DNA of 26,761 nucleotides, taken from positions 1 through 26,761 of IMG/VR virus record IMGVR_UViG_3300034410_000053. One strand, 5' to 3'. Shown here piece by piece: positions 1 to 9,503 of the stretch. Source of the DNA: a virus. Lineage: Duplodnaviria > Caudoviricetes. Both the position numbers and the translations under genes were made by a program. A model generated the notes under the pieces. The model did not search any database. It was not told the origin of the DNA and saw only the letters and a list, made by a program, of their open reading frames with translations. Each line of letters opens with the position of its first letter. Positions within the stretch are counted from its first letter, which is position 1.

Positions 1-2
1 CG

Positions 3-1811
3 GAATTGCTTTGTGCCTCCTTTAACATCACCACCTAATACACGTACACCTGCTGCCAAAGCTCGTTCGGCTGGTAGATATAAGGTAGTTGCCCCGTTAC
101 CTACGGTGTTAACCACGTGTGTCTTAAAGCCGGTCAAGATGTTAGCGATGAATAACTCGTCGAGTGCCTTGAACACGTCCTTAGTCTTAGTGTTAAGCGT
201 ATGGACTGCACGGGCAACGAAGCTGTTACGTACCTTATCGTTAGGTAGGTTACGCAGTAGCTTGTCGAAGTGTGCTTCCACTTGCTGTGGTGGTACATCA
301 AAGTTCTGGAACAGTTTGTTAACCTGAACAGCACGACCAGCAGTGGTAGAACCACCACGGAAAGCCATAACACTTTCGATGTAGTCGTTACGTACTTCTC
401 TGTAGCTGTTCTGATGAGTCAGGAAGTTAGTCTGTAAGTCCTGCTTCATTGTAACTACTTCCTCAGGGGAGAGGTCAGTACGTGCATCTAACTGGTCGAA
501 GTGTGACTTAAGATCAGTCTCTGCATTCTTTAAACCCTTATGGGCTGTTGCGAGGTTGCGAGTAGTCATCTGCAATACACGACCAGCAGCAGTGACATAG
601 ATGTCAAAGTCTTTAGTCGATAGAGATGCTTTAAGGTTCTCAATACCTCTTAGTACACTTGGGCTATCTACAAACGCTTTTGCGATTACATCATCTGCTT
701 GTTGTACTAATTCTTTATTTGTTTTTGTTACGCCATAGCCGTACAATTCTGAACCACGCTCAACAACAGTGTTGGGTGTAGCTTCGATTGCTTCGCCACG
801 TGCGTCTGCTTTAATCCCTGCAACTGTCTCAGGGGTCAACACATCTGCTTTAGCGTCTACAGCGTTATAGGTTGTGCGTAGTTTAGCTTCAGCATCTACA
901 GCTTGGGCCATCTTTGCATCTAACTCTGAGATAGCTACGTCCACATCTGGAGCTTGGGAATCTACCCACTGCTCTACTGCTTTCATATCATCAGGGTCAG
1001 CTTCGAGACCTTTACTATAGTTACGGTAAGCTCTTACGCCAGAGTATATAGCGAGACCTGCTGCCTCAAAACCTAATGCTTCTATGCTCATCTTCAAACG
1101 AGCTTCAGCTTCAGAGTCTTCTGGATCAGCAGATAGATATTCGGTTACAGGGTTTTGTAAGCTGGGGTATTCTTCAACAAGATTTGATAGGCGATCTTCA
1201 TGTGGGTTGAACGCTAAGTTCTCTGCCACGATACCTTGTCCTGCCAAAGCTGCGGTACTATTGCCAGCAAAGCCAGCACCACGGGTCATTAACATGCCCG
1301 TTGCAAATTGAGAGATACCTGAAGTCAGGTCTCCGGTCATCGTTTCTGTGTTTAGTAATTCGACAGCATCGTCTTCAAATTCAGGACTTGCAGAGTCAAT
1401 CTTATCTGCGGTCCATTGGACGCCATTCTCACCGATATGAATGTAACCAAGGTTAGCTACGTTCTCATTAAACCAATCACCCATTGCGTTATAACGGCCA
1501 CCTGTAACTCGGTTAATTAAGTTACTCGTATTCGCTATAGCTTTAGTAGCACCTTCAGCAATACCCTCAGGTATCTCTGAAACGTGGTCCATGAAACCAT
1601 AGCCTTCTTCCTCCTGTTCAGGGACTGCTTCAGTAGCAACCTGCGGAGCTTCGGGCTGTGCCTCAACAGGGGCAGCACTAGGTACTACTTCCTCTTGAGG
1701 TACGGTTTCTGATTGTAAAGCTGCTTCAATGCGCTTTTGTAATTCATCGGGAGAGGGACTGTCAGACTCATCGATGACAACTCGTTGCCCTCCGATTGTA
1801 TATTCAGCCAC
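3..1811 (-). CDS. Large internal virion (ejection) protein, T7 gp16-position; 5' part only, runs off the left edge
   Basis: Absent from the ORF track, presumably because it has no stop in the window. GTG at 1811 follows GGAG SD (GGAGAAATATA-GTG) and reads MAEYTIGGQRVVIDESDSPSPDELQKRIEAALQ; the same frame reads ...LGGDVKGGTKQF at the edge. Follows the gp14/gp15-like genes. Confidence 0.8.
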   Translation of the reverse strand, partial: MAEYTIGGQRVVIDESDSPSPDELQKRIEAALQSETVPQEEVVPSAAPVEAQPEAPQVATEAVPEQEEEGYGFMDHVSEIPEGIAEGATKAIANTSNLINRVTGGRYNAMGDWFNENVANLGYIHIGENGVQWTADKIDSASPEFEDDAVELLNTETMTGDLTSGISQFATGMLMTRGAGFAGNSTAALAGQGIVAENLAFNPHEDRLSNLVEEYPSLQNPVTEYLSADPEDSEAEARLKMSIEALGFEAAGLAIYSGVRAYRNYSKGLEADPDDMKAVEQWVDSQAPDVDVAISELDAKMAQAVDAEAKLRTTYNAVDAKADVLTPETVAGIKADARGEAIEATPNTVVERGSELYGYGVTKTNKELVQQADDVIAKAFVDSPSVLRGIENLKASLSTKDFDIYVTAAGRVLQMTTRNLATAHKGLKNAETDLKSHFDQLDARTDLSPEEVVTMKQDLQTNFLTHQNSYREVRNDYIESVMAFRGGSTTAGRAVQVNKLFQNFDVPPQQVEAHFDKLLRNLPNDKVRNSFVARAVHTLNTKTKDVFKALDELFIANILTGFKTHVVNTVGNGATTLYLPAERALAAGVRVLGGDVKGGTKQF

Positions 1812-1823
1812 TATATTTCTCCG

Positions 1824-3482
1824 TTATTTCATTGTACTGCGCTCGTAGACGACGTTGCCATTGATCACCATTGGCTTACCGTCTTGACCCAGTTTAGGTT
1901 TGATTGTGTTGGAAGTATTCTCAAAGAGAGTTTGGTCGGACTGATCCAACGCAGTGTTAACTTCTCCCATAATACCATTCATAATTTGCAGTTTACGTGC
2001 AGCAGAATATGTATCCCAAGTTCTATTACCGGCTTCATCTACTTCGTCGAAGACTTCATAGAAACTAGATTGGAAGTAATATAATCTGTTTGTATTATCG
2101 CCAGTATACTTGTCTGTATTTGCTTTAAACTCACGCTCAAAGTAGTCCTTATAGATAGGGTCTTTGGTAGCGTCTACGTTGATACCTTTCTCAGCGGCGG
2201 CTCTTGAGGACGAAGCCCAAGACATCAAACGATTCATAGAACCTGTGTCGGTGATACGTCCTGTCTTTGTTAGATCAATAACACGTTGAACCCTTTCTGC
2301 TGGGTTTAGTGCTTCTAACTGTTGGCGTATATCGGCTTCAGCAGCAGGGTGCATAGGTTCAGTAAAGCGTTTGGCTTGAAACTCTTGAGAAGCTTTAAGC
2401 AATTCTCCAATCCCTTCCGGGTAGAACTCTGCCATATCTGCTTTCTGCTGTGGGTCTAATGAATCATAAATAGCATCTACGTTGTAGTTGTTGTTCATAA
2501 ACTCAGACCAGAAGATACCATCGACATTATCTTTGGTACGGGACTCGTTTATAGTTCTGTAGCTTTCTTCACGCTGCTCTGCTGCGATACGTTCTTTAGC
2601 AAACGTAACCCTAGCTTCTGCAATCTGTTCACGGGCATAGGCTGTTCCTCCAAGAGGACCTGTGCCACCTGACAGAGTACCTAAGGTACGCTCAAGACCT
2701 ACAATATCAAAGTCGTTGGCTGCGTGATAAGAGATTACTGCGTCTACTGTACTAGCATTAAGCTTGGTATATGTATATTCAGGGCCACCTGAAGCAGCGA
2801 GATCACCTTGCTTGATATTAAAGCTATCTCTAAGTGCGATCTGTCCTTCAGGAGTAGTTAGGTCAGCTTGATCTAGGCTGTTAAATACCCAGTTATCGTA
2901 AGCGGCTGACTGTGCGGCAGCAAAGTTTTTCTTAACATTGCTTAAGTGTGAGTTCAGAAGGTTATTACGGGCTTGGCCAGCAACACGAGAGAACGTCCCA
3001 TATGCTCCATCACCGCCCAACACATCTTGGTTGTTGTCTACGTAATTAGAGTAGTATTGCTGATACCACTCATCAAAGCCAGAGGCGTCAGTAGCACCGG
3101 CAATAGTATCACGAGAGTACGCTTCACTTGCTTCCTGAATAAATTCATAGCCTTGTGTCTCTCCACGAGTTTCATTGAAGGCGAAGCGAAATACAGGGCT
3201 TTCCTCTGGTCCTATCTTGCCTGACTTAACAAGCTCATCATAGGCAGCAGTCTCACGCTCTGCTATTTCTCTTGCATTCGCCTTATCTTCTTCTTTCTGT
3301 TGTTCATTTTTAGCTTGCATCAACTTACTGAACTTGGGTTCAAGTCGCTGAACAAACCTTGATAGTTCTGCTAGGCTTCCTTCTTGTACAGGAGCCGGAC
3401 GTTCATAGGTATCGACAGGGCGCACAACAACTTCTTGTTGAGTTTGTGGTCGCAACCTTTCGACAAGTACACGCTTTGCCAT
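1824..3482 (-). CDS. Internal virion protein, T7 gp15-like
   Basis: 552 aa, helical/Ala-Gln-rich, N-terminal LRPQ..VVRPVDTYERP segment; position between gp14- and gp16-like genes. Confidence 0.7.
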   Translation of the reverse strand: MAKRVLVERLRPQTQQEVVVRPVDTYERPAPVQEGSLAELSRFVQRLEPKFSKLMQAKNEQQKEEDKANAREIAERETAAYDELVKSGKIGPEESPVFRFAFNETRGETQGYEFIQEASEAYSRDTIAGATDASGFDEWYQQYYSNYVDNNQDVLGGDGAYGTFSRVAGQARNNLLNSHLSNVKKNFAAAQSAAYDNWVFNSLDQADLTTPEGQIALRDSFNIKQGDLAASGGPEYTYTKLNASTVDAVISYHAANDFDIVGLERTLGTLSGGTGPLGGTAYAREQIAEARVTFAKERIAAEQREESYRTINESRTKDNVDGIFWSEFMNNNYNVDAIYDSLDPQQKADMAEFYPEGIGELLKASQEFQAKRFTEPMHPAAEADIRQQLEALNPAERVQRVIDLTKTGRITDTGSMNRLMSWASSSRAAAEKGINVDATKDPIYKDYFEREFKANTDKYTGDNTNRLYYFQSSFYEVFDEVDEAGNRTWDTYSAARKLQIMNGIMGEVNTALDQSDQTLFENTSNTIKPKLGQDGKPMVINGNVVYERSTMK

Positions 3483-3491
3483 TTTAATTTC

Positions 3492-4010
3492 CTATGTTTT
3501 TAGGGATTTCATATATTTGTGACTAGCCCCGGCCATGCCTATCTCGGCTACTAAGCCAAGAACGCTCGGCCCTTTAACAGGCTGGTATTGATTGATTTGA
3601 GACTGGGCTTCTGCCTCGATGCCTCGACGGTCATACATACCTTGAACACCAAGGTTATCTATATCCGCACTAAGGTTTGTATTACTGGTTAATCTGTCAC
3701 GTTCGTATTTTGTCATTACGGCATCAACTACACGTCCACCTACACCAGCTTCACCTGCCGACAGTGCAGCACGAGAAGTAAGCTCCATAGCTTCGATGTT
3801 TCTATCCATCTTCTCTTGGGCTTTTTGTCCTTGTAACTGTTCTGTTTGTAGGGCTGATTGACGATTTTTATCATCACGTGCTTGTGTAATCTGTAACCGG
3901 GCAGCAGCGTTGCGCTTGTTAGTCATCTTCGCTTGCTGCGATGCGTCTGCGAACTGGACGACAGAAGAACCAATTGAAGCTATTGTCATAGCGGTAACTG
4001 GATCACACAT
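3492..4010 (-). CDS. Internal virion protein, T7 gp14-like
   Basis: 172 aa, MCDPVTAM start plus hydrophobic N-terminus, coiled-coil middle with AGEAGVGG motif; synteny. Confidence 0.8.
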   Translation of the reverse strand: MCDPVTAMTIASIGSSVVQFADASQQAKMTNKRNAAARLQITQARDDKNRQSALQTEQLQGQKAQEKMDRNIEAMELTSRAALSAGEAGVGGRVVDAVMTKYERDRLTSNTNLSADIDNLGVQGMYDRRGIEAEAQSQINQYQPVKGPSVLGLVAEIGMAGASHKYMKSLKT

Positions 4011-4470
4011 CGTTTATCCTTACAAATTCATAAAAGGGTTTCTGACCAACACCAAAGTGGTCAATGATTTGAGTGAAGTTGAAGCCCAAACTTTTTAACC
4101 ATTTGATGGCTACGAAATTCTCTTTCGCCACATAGTTAAATAGGACATCATACTTCTTGTTTACTTTTATCACCCACTCCCTGCTTTGCGGTATAAACTC
4201 TCTCCTTACTTCCGGTAGCCGGTCAGAGCAGAGTAGCCACGGAACACCGAGGGTGGGGTCAGCAGTCGGTGAAACACCAAACATGCCAACCACTTCACCA
4301 TCAGTGGCTATAATGCTGTGAGCCTCGTCAGACGCCTGTACAGACAAAAGCAAAGCATCTAGGGCAGTTACACCACTAGAGTCTTTAACTTCCTGTACGT
4401 CGATCTGACGAAGCCTAGGAGCGAGATCATACGCATCATCCAGAGTGGCTGGACGATAGTATGGTTTCAT
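4003..4470 (-). CDS. T7 gp13-like protein (GNAT-like fold)
   Basis: Likely start ATG 4470 (MKPYYRPAT), overlapping the end of the tail tube B gene; LR..D..E, PWLL and NYVAKEN..AIKWLKSLGF motifs typical of gp13-like proteins. Confidence 0.8.
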   Translation of the reverse strand: MKPYYRPATLDDAYDLAPRLRQIDVQEVKDSSGVTALDALLLSVQASDEAHSIIATDGEVVGMFGVSPTADPTLGVPWLLCSDRLPEVRREFIPQSREWVIKVNKKYDVLFNYVAKENFVAIKWLKSLGFNFTQIIDHFGVGQKPFYEFVRINDV

Positions 4471-6875
4471 AGTCGTTGAGACCTCATTACGAAGTAGCCT
4501 TCCCACTCTGCGCTTTGGAAAGCAGCAGGTAAGTGACTATCCGTTCTAATTTCTATTTCTACTTCATTGGATTTCGCCAACACGGGGAACTTATAGATAC
4601 CTGTTTCGATAGCTACACTGCCTAAGATGTTAGCCAATGCACCGATAATGCGGCCATTGAACTTGTTAACACTCTCATCACGAGCCTTAGGTCGTACTAC
4701 TACCTCGAATGATCCTGTATCGTTGTACACCAGAGACATGTTACGCAATTGTAAACGCCCTGTTGTCATAGGTTCATTGTTATTCTTCATCACCTGCTCG
4801 GAGAACACGTAACGGAAGTCATAAGGGTAGCCTACGAACATAGTACCGCCACTTTCAACATAAGCGTTAGCTTGGAATATATCCAACACAAAGCCCTTAT
4901 CGCTGATTAGCAGTGGTTCCTCATAAGGTCTGGCTACACTATCTTGCAGGGGTCTATCTGAGTTCCAGATTTGTCGCCTGTCTAAGCAGATACCATGAGA
5001 TTTCTCAGTGTATTCGATAGCCTCATCCGTAGAAAGGTTGATACGCTCAAGGTGAACTACAGGGTTGCCGGGTGTGTCATAGCTCATAAGGATATCGATG
5101 TCTGACTTGTTGAAGCTTATGTTTAATACTTCACTGTCAAACGTCCATTTGGACCAGCTTGATTGTAGCTTATCTGTTCCTTGCCAGTAGTAACTGTACA
5201 CGAATATCGACTTACGGTCCTCAGTAGATAAACAAAGGAGCATGTCCTCGTTAGAAGATGCCTCCATTTTACGTATCTCACCGGGGATATACTCAGGGAC
5301 GTGTGCTGTAATGTCAGCAGCATCATCAACTTCTGCATCAATATCAACAAAGTATTCTCGCAGCCCAGACCACTTGGCCCGGTTAGTAGCAAAGAATACA
5401 TAGCGACCTGCACCTACAGGCTTGGCTTTCAATGAAGCCTCGAACTGTGTTGTAACGTCTAACGCTACAGTCTCAGGTGTAAGCAAGTCATCGGCTGTCA
5501 GACGGAACTGGGTCAAGTCTGAGAACAGCAGCAAGCTTTCGTTGAATGGTACAGCATGTTTAAGTATCGATACCTTGTTGTTTGATACGGCAGCATCAAT
5601 CGGATCAGTGTCGAGCAGGGTAAGAGTGGTCCTTTTGAAGAAGTTAAACTCATCAAAGCGACCGGCCTCAGACAGAATGATGTTCTCATCAGCCAAGAAA
5701 CCTAGGCGGTTACGGTGGAAGAAGATATCATTTAGGGGGAGACCTATGAAGCTAGGGAATGGATTGGTATCCTCGTCACCTACTTCTCGTTCTTTATATG
5801 TAGCTTCTTGGAACGTGAATGTTCCGTCAGCGTTACTCACTAACTGGTGAGGTAACGTGTCAGCTTTGATAGTAGTCTTACTGCCCGGTTTGATAGTTTC
5901 TTTCCATACCTGATCACCAGTAGATTGAGAGAGAAGACGTACATAGTAGTCGTCCTGCCCCTTGTCGTTGTCGCCAACAACACCAATCACATAATCTTCA
6001 GGACCATCTGGTGGTAGCTTCTTAAAATCTGCTGCCGTTTCCTTGAAAGCAAAGATGTTCTGATCACCTCGTGAGTCAGTAACTCCTACTTGGAAGTCCT
6101 GTCCATCAGTAGACTCAATGTGGATTACGTTGCCGTACATAGTGTACTGAATGCCCGGTATGACTACTGAGATCATTGTTGGAATTGGAAAAGAAGGTTC
6201 TCCCTGCCCTCCTCCTCCTTGATATGCAGACCCATAATACTGAGCTTCAGGAGTACGATTAAGTCTTAGGTTATCAGCAATACGGTCAGTCTGAATTGAG
6301 CGTTCTGCTTTGCGAGCAGTAGCATCATCAGGCTGTGTTGAACCCATTGTTTCGATTGTACGTGTATATACTTGACCACCCTTGGTAATCTTAAGAGTGA
6401 ACTTAGTTGTGTAGTCGCCCTGCTTTACATACACCAAAGCCTCTGGGGGTCTGGTTGCAGTAACTGTAGGGTCTTCCTCTGTCACCACTGTCTTGTTCAC
6501 AATGAATGTGTAGTCAGCAATGGTAGTAGCAGCTATTTGTTCTGCTGGGTTTGTTAAACCATCAAGGTAGTTACCGTTAATAGTAACAGTACGTTCAACT
6601 CCCTCTTGGTCAAATACTCTAATAGCATCATCTGTGACGATTAGAGTGTAATATTCATTCTCATCTCTACGCATGGTATGGATGAAAGCCTTATCTGCTC
6701 CCTGTACCAACCCTATATTTTTAACGAGTTCTGTACCGGGACGCTTTGAGAGACCATTAACAACAGAAGACACCGCATTCTCTTGTAACTCACCTTGAGT
6801 TTTCAATCTTAGAGACGGGGGCTGTTGAGTAACTCCGTTGATAAGGTTTGGTATTGACGCACTAATTAGAGCCAT
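4467..6875 (-). CDS. Tail tubular protein B (nozzle), T7 gp12-like
   Basis: 802 aa; ISASIPNLINGVTQQP, GLSKRPG, GDEDTNPFPSF, FFHRNRLGFL, QSSWSKW and terminal EWEG motifs. Confidence 0.95.
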   Translation of the reverse strand: MALISASIPNLINGVTQQPPSLRLKTQGELQENAVSSVVNGLSKRPGTELVKNIGLVQGADKAFIHTMRRDENEYYTLIVTDDAIRVFDQEGVERTVTINGNYLDGLTNPAEQIAATTIADYTFIVNKTVVTEEDPTVTATRPPEALVYVKQGDYTTKFTLKITKGGQVYTRTIETMGSTQPDDATARKAERSIQTDRIADNLRLNRTPEAQYYGSAYQGGGGQGEPSFPIPTMISVVIPGIQYTMYGNVIHIESTDGQDFQVGVTDSRGDQNIFAFKETAADFKKLPPDGPEDYVIGVVGDNDKGQDDYYVRLLSQSTGDQVWKETIKPGSKTTIKADTLPHQLVSNADGTFTFQEATYKEREVGDEDTNPFPSFIGLPLNDIFFHRNRLGFLADENIILSEAGRFDEFNFFKRTTLTLLDTDPIDAAVSNNKVSILKHAVPFNESLLLFSDLTQFRLTADDLLTPETVALDVTTQFEASLKAKPVGAGRYVFFATNRAKWSGLREYFVDIDAEVDDAADITAHVPEYIPGEIRKMEASSNEDMLLCLSTEDRKSIFVYSYYWQGTDKLQSSWSKWTFDSEVLNISFNKSDIDILMSYDTPGNPVVHLERINLSTDEAIEYTEKSHGICLDRRQIWNSDRPLQDSVARPYEEPLLISDKGFVLDIFQANAYVESGGTMFVGYPYDFRYVFSEQVMKNNNEPMTTGRLQLRNMSLVYNDTGSFEVVVRPKARDESVNKFNGRIIGALANILGSVAIETGIYKFPVLAKSNEVEIEIRTDSHLPAAFQSAEWEGYFVMRSQRL

Positions 6876-7459
6876 TATCTCAACCTCACTGTTCCTCGAT
6901 CCATTACACGGTAGACTGAGTAGTTATCCATTATGTTAAAATCTTCAGTGTCAGACTCGAACTCTTTAAGCTCAAAGTAACATTGGGCTTCATCCTGCTG
7001 GTTAAAGCCATGCAAGGTATCAGAGCCGACGACACGATCTTGGAAGATTCTTGACGATTTGATAGCGATATATCGACGAGCTACTTCAGGCAGGTCTTCA
7101 AACTCTAGTTGTACTACTAGGTCAAGCTGCACGTCTCGGTCGATCTTGAATGTATGGTTCTTTTTGTCATACATCTTCTGCCCACGCTGCACTAAGTCCT
7201 TGCTATCAGGGCGCAAAGTAGCATCAGCACGTAGGGTATTGTTTGGGATTACGATCTCACCATCGAGTGTAGGTCCCATCTTGAAATTTTGCTCTCGGTT
7301 AAAGTTCCATCCTTCTGACTGGACAGCACGATTAATCGAGTTGAGTATTGTTTCTGCCATTTCCGCATCGACCAAGCCTGACGAAAGACTGTTTACTGGG
7401 CTTTCCCCAATGGTCGAGAGCATTATATTGACAGCTTCTAGCTTGGTTGTAGGGGTCAT
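6875..7459 (-). CDS. Tail tubular protein A (adaptor), T7 gp11-like
   Basis: 194 aa; LEAVNIMLSTIGESPV, VQSEGWNFN, FEDLPEVARRYI motifs. Confidence 0.95.
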   Translation of the reverse strand: MTPTTKLEAVNIMLSTIGESPVNSLSSGLVDAEMAETILNSINRAVQSEGWNFNREQNFKMGPTLDGEIVIPNNTLRADATLRPDSKDLVQRGQKMYDKKNHTFKIDRDVQLDLVVQLEFEDLPEVARRYIAIKSSRIFQDRVVGSDTLHGFNQQDEAQCYFELKEFESDTEDFNIMDNYSVYRVMDRGTVRLR

Positions 7460-7476
7460 AATATTTCCTTGAAAAC

Positions 7477-7503
7477 AAAAAAAGGGCCACCCGAAGGTGA
7501 CCC
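7477..7503 (-). terminator. Intrinsic terminator after the major capsid gene (T-phi equivalent)
   Basis: Minus strand GGGTCACC-TTCG-GGTGGCCC-TTTTTTT, 10 nt after the capsid stop. Confidence 0.92.
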
Positions 7504-7513
7504 CATAGATTTC

Positions 7514-8524
7514 TTACGCTCCAAGCAAAGCGATAGCTGATGCAGGACGTAGGACGTTGTGGCCCATAGCGTACTTAGCAACCATCAAAGTGCCTTGACG
7601 TTCGATCTGGTACTCAGACTCAACACCGAGATCGAGCAGCTTAACAGTAGCAGCAGCGTCTTCAGCGAAGATCAGACCTTTAACACCACTGTAGTCGCCT
7701 TTGTATGCGCCAGTGCGTGATAGAGGATCAGGAGTTCCACCAGTTACAGATTCATCAGTAGTTGGGATGTGGTTAGACATGAAGATGCTAACGCCACCAA
7801 CCTGAGGAACTACACCACCAGATACAGAACCAGCTCCACCAACGTCTTTGTTCAACCAAGTGGCTGAAGTAACGTCAGTAGCGTTCAGTAGGGCGTAGTA
7901 TTGACGTGGAGGAAGTACACACTTCTTCTCGCCAGTGATGTCTTTCTTATCGAACTCTTCAAGAGCGTCGTAGATAGAACGAACAATCTCTGCACCTACT
8001 TCTGAATCAGAAGCAGTAGAGCCAATTGTTACGTTGTTGGTGTAGACTTCATCGTCGAACGATCCACCGGGCAAAGAAGCTGCTTCGCCAGCGTTGTTGA
8101 TCATTGCTGCTTTAGCAATAACTCGTGCGATGTTTTTGTCAGCAGTGTTTGCAAGAGCAAAACCGGCTTCTTTCGAGTAGATGCTGCGAACGTCATAGTG
8201 GTTCATAGCTTCGTCGATTGAGGCAATGAACTGGCTAGAGACCAACAGGTCATCTACAGTTACAGTGCGCTCACCGTGCTTGATCTTGTCTGCTTCGATC
8301 ATCTCACCGGGAGTGTGGTACTTAGCAGAAGCAACGCCAGTCATTGGGAACTGAGCAGACTTACCGCCAGAGATAGTACGGGTGCGGTGCAGACCCATGA
8401 AGATGTTCTTCTCTTCAAAAGCGGTCAATACTTCGCCAGCGTACAGTTTTAAGAATAATTCACGATCACCGCCAGAAGCGTTGACCTGACCTAGACGACT
8501 AGGATTTTGATCAGGAAGTGCCAT
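7514..8524 (-). CDS. Major capsid protein, T7 gp10-like
   Basis: 336 aa; LFLKLYAGEVLTAF, RTISGGKSAQFP, YDVRSIYSKEAGFALA, KYAMGHNVLRP motifs. Confidence 0.97.
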   Translation of the reverse strand: MALPDQNPSRLGQVNASGGDRELFLKLYAGEVLTAFEEKNIFMGLHRTRTISGGKSAQFPMTGVASAKYHTPGEMIEADKIKHGERTVTVDDLLVSSQFIASIDEAMNHYDVRSIYSKEAGFALANTADKNIARVIAKAAMINNAGEAASLPGGSFDDEVYTNNVTIGSTASDSEVGAEIVRSIYDALEEFDKKDITGEKKCVLPPRQYYALLNATDVTSATWLNKDVGGAGSVSGGVVPQVGGVSIFMSNHIPTTDESVTGGTPDPLSRTGAYKGDYSGVKGLIFAEDAAATVKLLDLGVESEYQIERQGTLMVAKYAMGHNVLRPASAIALLGA

Positions 8525-8574
8525 TATTTGTTTACCTTTTAGTAATGAATAGTTGAGCTTGTTTTGTGTGTTTA

Positions 8575-8660
8575 CTCAGCATACCCATCACATCCTTTTC
8601 TCTTAGGTTGTCTTCCGCAGAAGGCCAAAGGTAATCATTCAGTAATAGTATTTTGCTTAG
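8575..8660 (-). ncRNA. Candidate structured 5' leader RNA of the capsid gene
   Basis: Nested pairings by eye on the minus strand: ATACT/GGTAT, ATTAC/GTGAT, CCTTT/AAAGG around a CTTC-TGCG-GAAG hairpin. Confidence 0.4.
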
Positions 8661-8667
8661 TAGATAT

Positions 8668-8692
8668 AAAAAGACCTCCCCGAAGGGAGGCC
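8668..8692 (-). terminator. Intrinsic terminator between scaffold and capsid genes
   Basis: Minus strand GGCCTCCC-TTCG-GGGAGGTC-TTTTT, 14 nt after the scaffold stop. Confidence 0.8.
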
Positions 8693-8706
8693 AAAGAGAC
8701 ATAAAC

Positions 8707-9495
8707 TTAGAACACGTTGGATCGCTTTAGCTTATCAGCTACAGCTTTCCGGTAAGCGGAGTCTGACTGATATCTAGGATCACGCATTGCTGCTGTTAAT
8801 TCCGCAGCAGATTGATAAGACCCGCCTGAAGTGCCGCTTGTCTCGCCTTGTACGAGCTTGGGTTCGGTTCCAACTTCAGATCGATATCGAGCAGCTAGAC
8901 CATTAACCGCAAAGTTTACAATGTTTATGTCACCTGACTCGACAGCCGTATTAAAGGCATTGATGTCAGATTGGGGTAAGTTATCACCGGCCCATTCGAC
9001 CATCTGGTTATAACTATCTTCACCACCAACAGAGCCGAAGACCTGTTCGTGAATGTCGTTTGCAACAGCTTGTTGTCCTGCAATCCATGTATCAACCAAT
9101 GATTTGGGGAAACCTGCTTTTTCTAATTGCTCATAAGAGCCTTCAGTAAGTCCACCTTGTTGGTCATACTCAGATTGTAGGGTGTTAAAGTCTACGCCAG
9201 CCTTGTCGAGTACGTCGGCTACCTCGGAAGCCTGTGCCGTTTCGGGGTCTGGTGTTTCTTCAACTGCTGTATCTGTTGCTTGTTCTTCTGGTTTCTGACC
9301 GGAGCTAAGTTTCTTTTCTAGTTCTCCGTAGGCTTTCGCCATGTCTTCCGCAGAAGTAAATTTCTCAGGGAGCCAGTCAGGTCGTTCCTGACCAGCTTGT
9401 TCCGACTGAGCCACTTTATCTAGCATAGCTTGATCGTGGGCTTTTTGCTCCTCAGTCGGAGCCGGTTCTTGAAATGTGTTCAAAGTTTCTGCCAT
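8707..9495 (-). CDS. Capsid scaffolding protein, T7 gp9-like
   Basis: 262 aa, acidic; ERPDWLPEKF, VGGEDSYNQMVEWA, AMRDPRYQSDSAYR motifs. Confidence 0.93.
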   Translation of the reverse strand: MAETLNTFQEPAPTEEQKAHDQAMLDKVAQSEQAGQERPDWLPEKFTSAEDMAKAYGELEKKLSSGQKPEEQATDTAVEETPDPETAQASEVADVLDKAGVDFNTLQSEYDQQGGLTEGSYEQLEKAGFPKSLVDTWIAGQQAVANDIHEQVFGSVGGEDSYNQMVEWAGDNLPQSDINAFNTAVESGDINIVNFAVNGLAARYRSEVGTEPKLVQGETSGTSGGSYQSAAELTAAMRDPRYQSDSAYRKAVADKLKRSNVF

Positions 9496-9503
9496 GTCTA
9501 TGT

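Noticed and set aside
7460-7560. T7-style 10A/10B capsid frameshift extension
   Set aside because: A terminator follows the stop within 10 nt and tail tube A starts 55 nt downstream, leaving no room for an extension.
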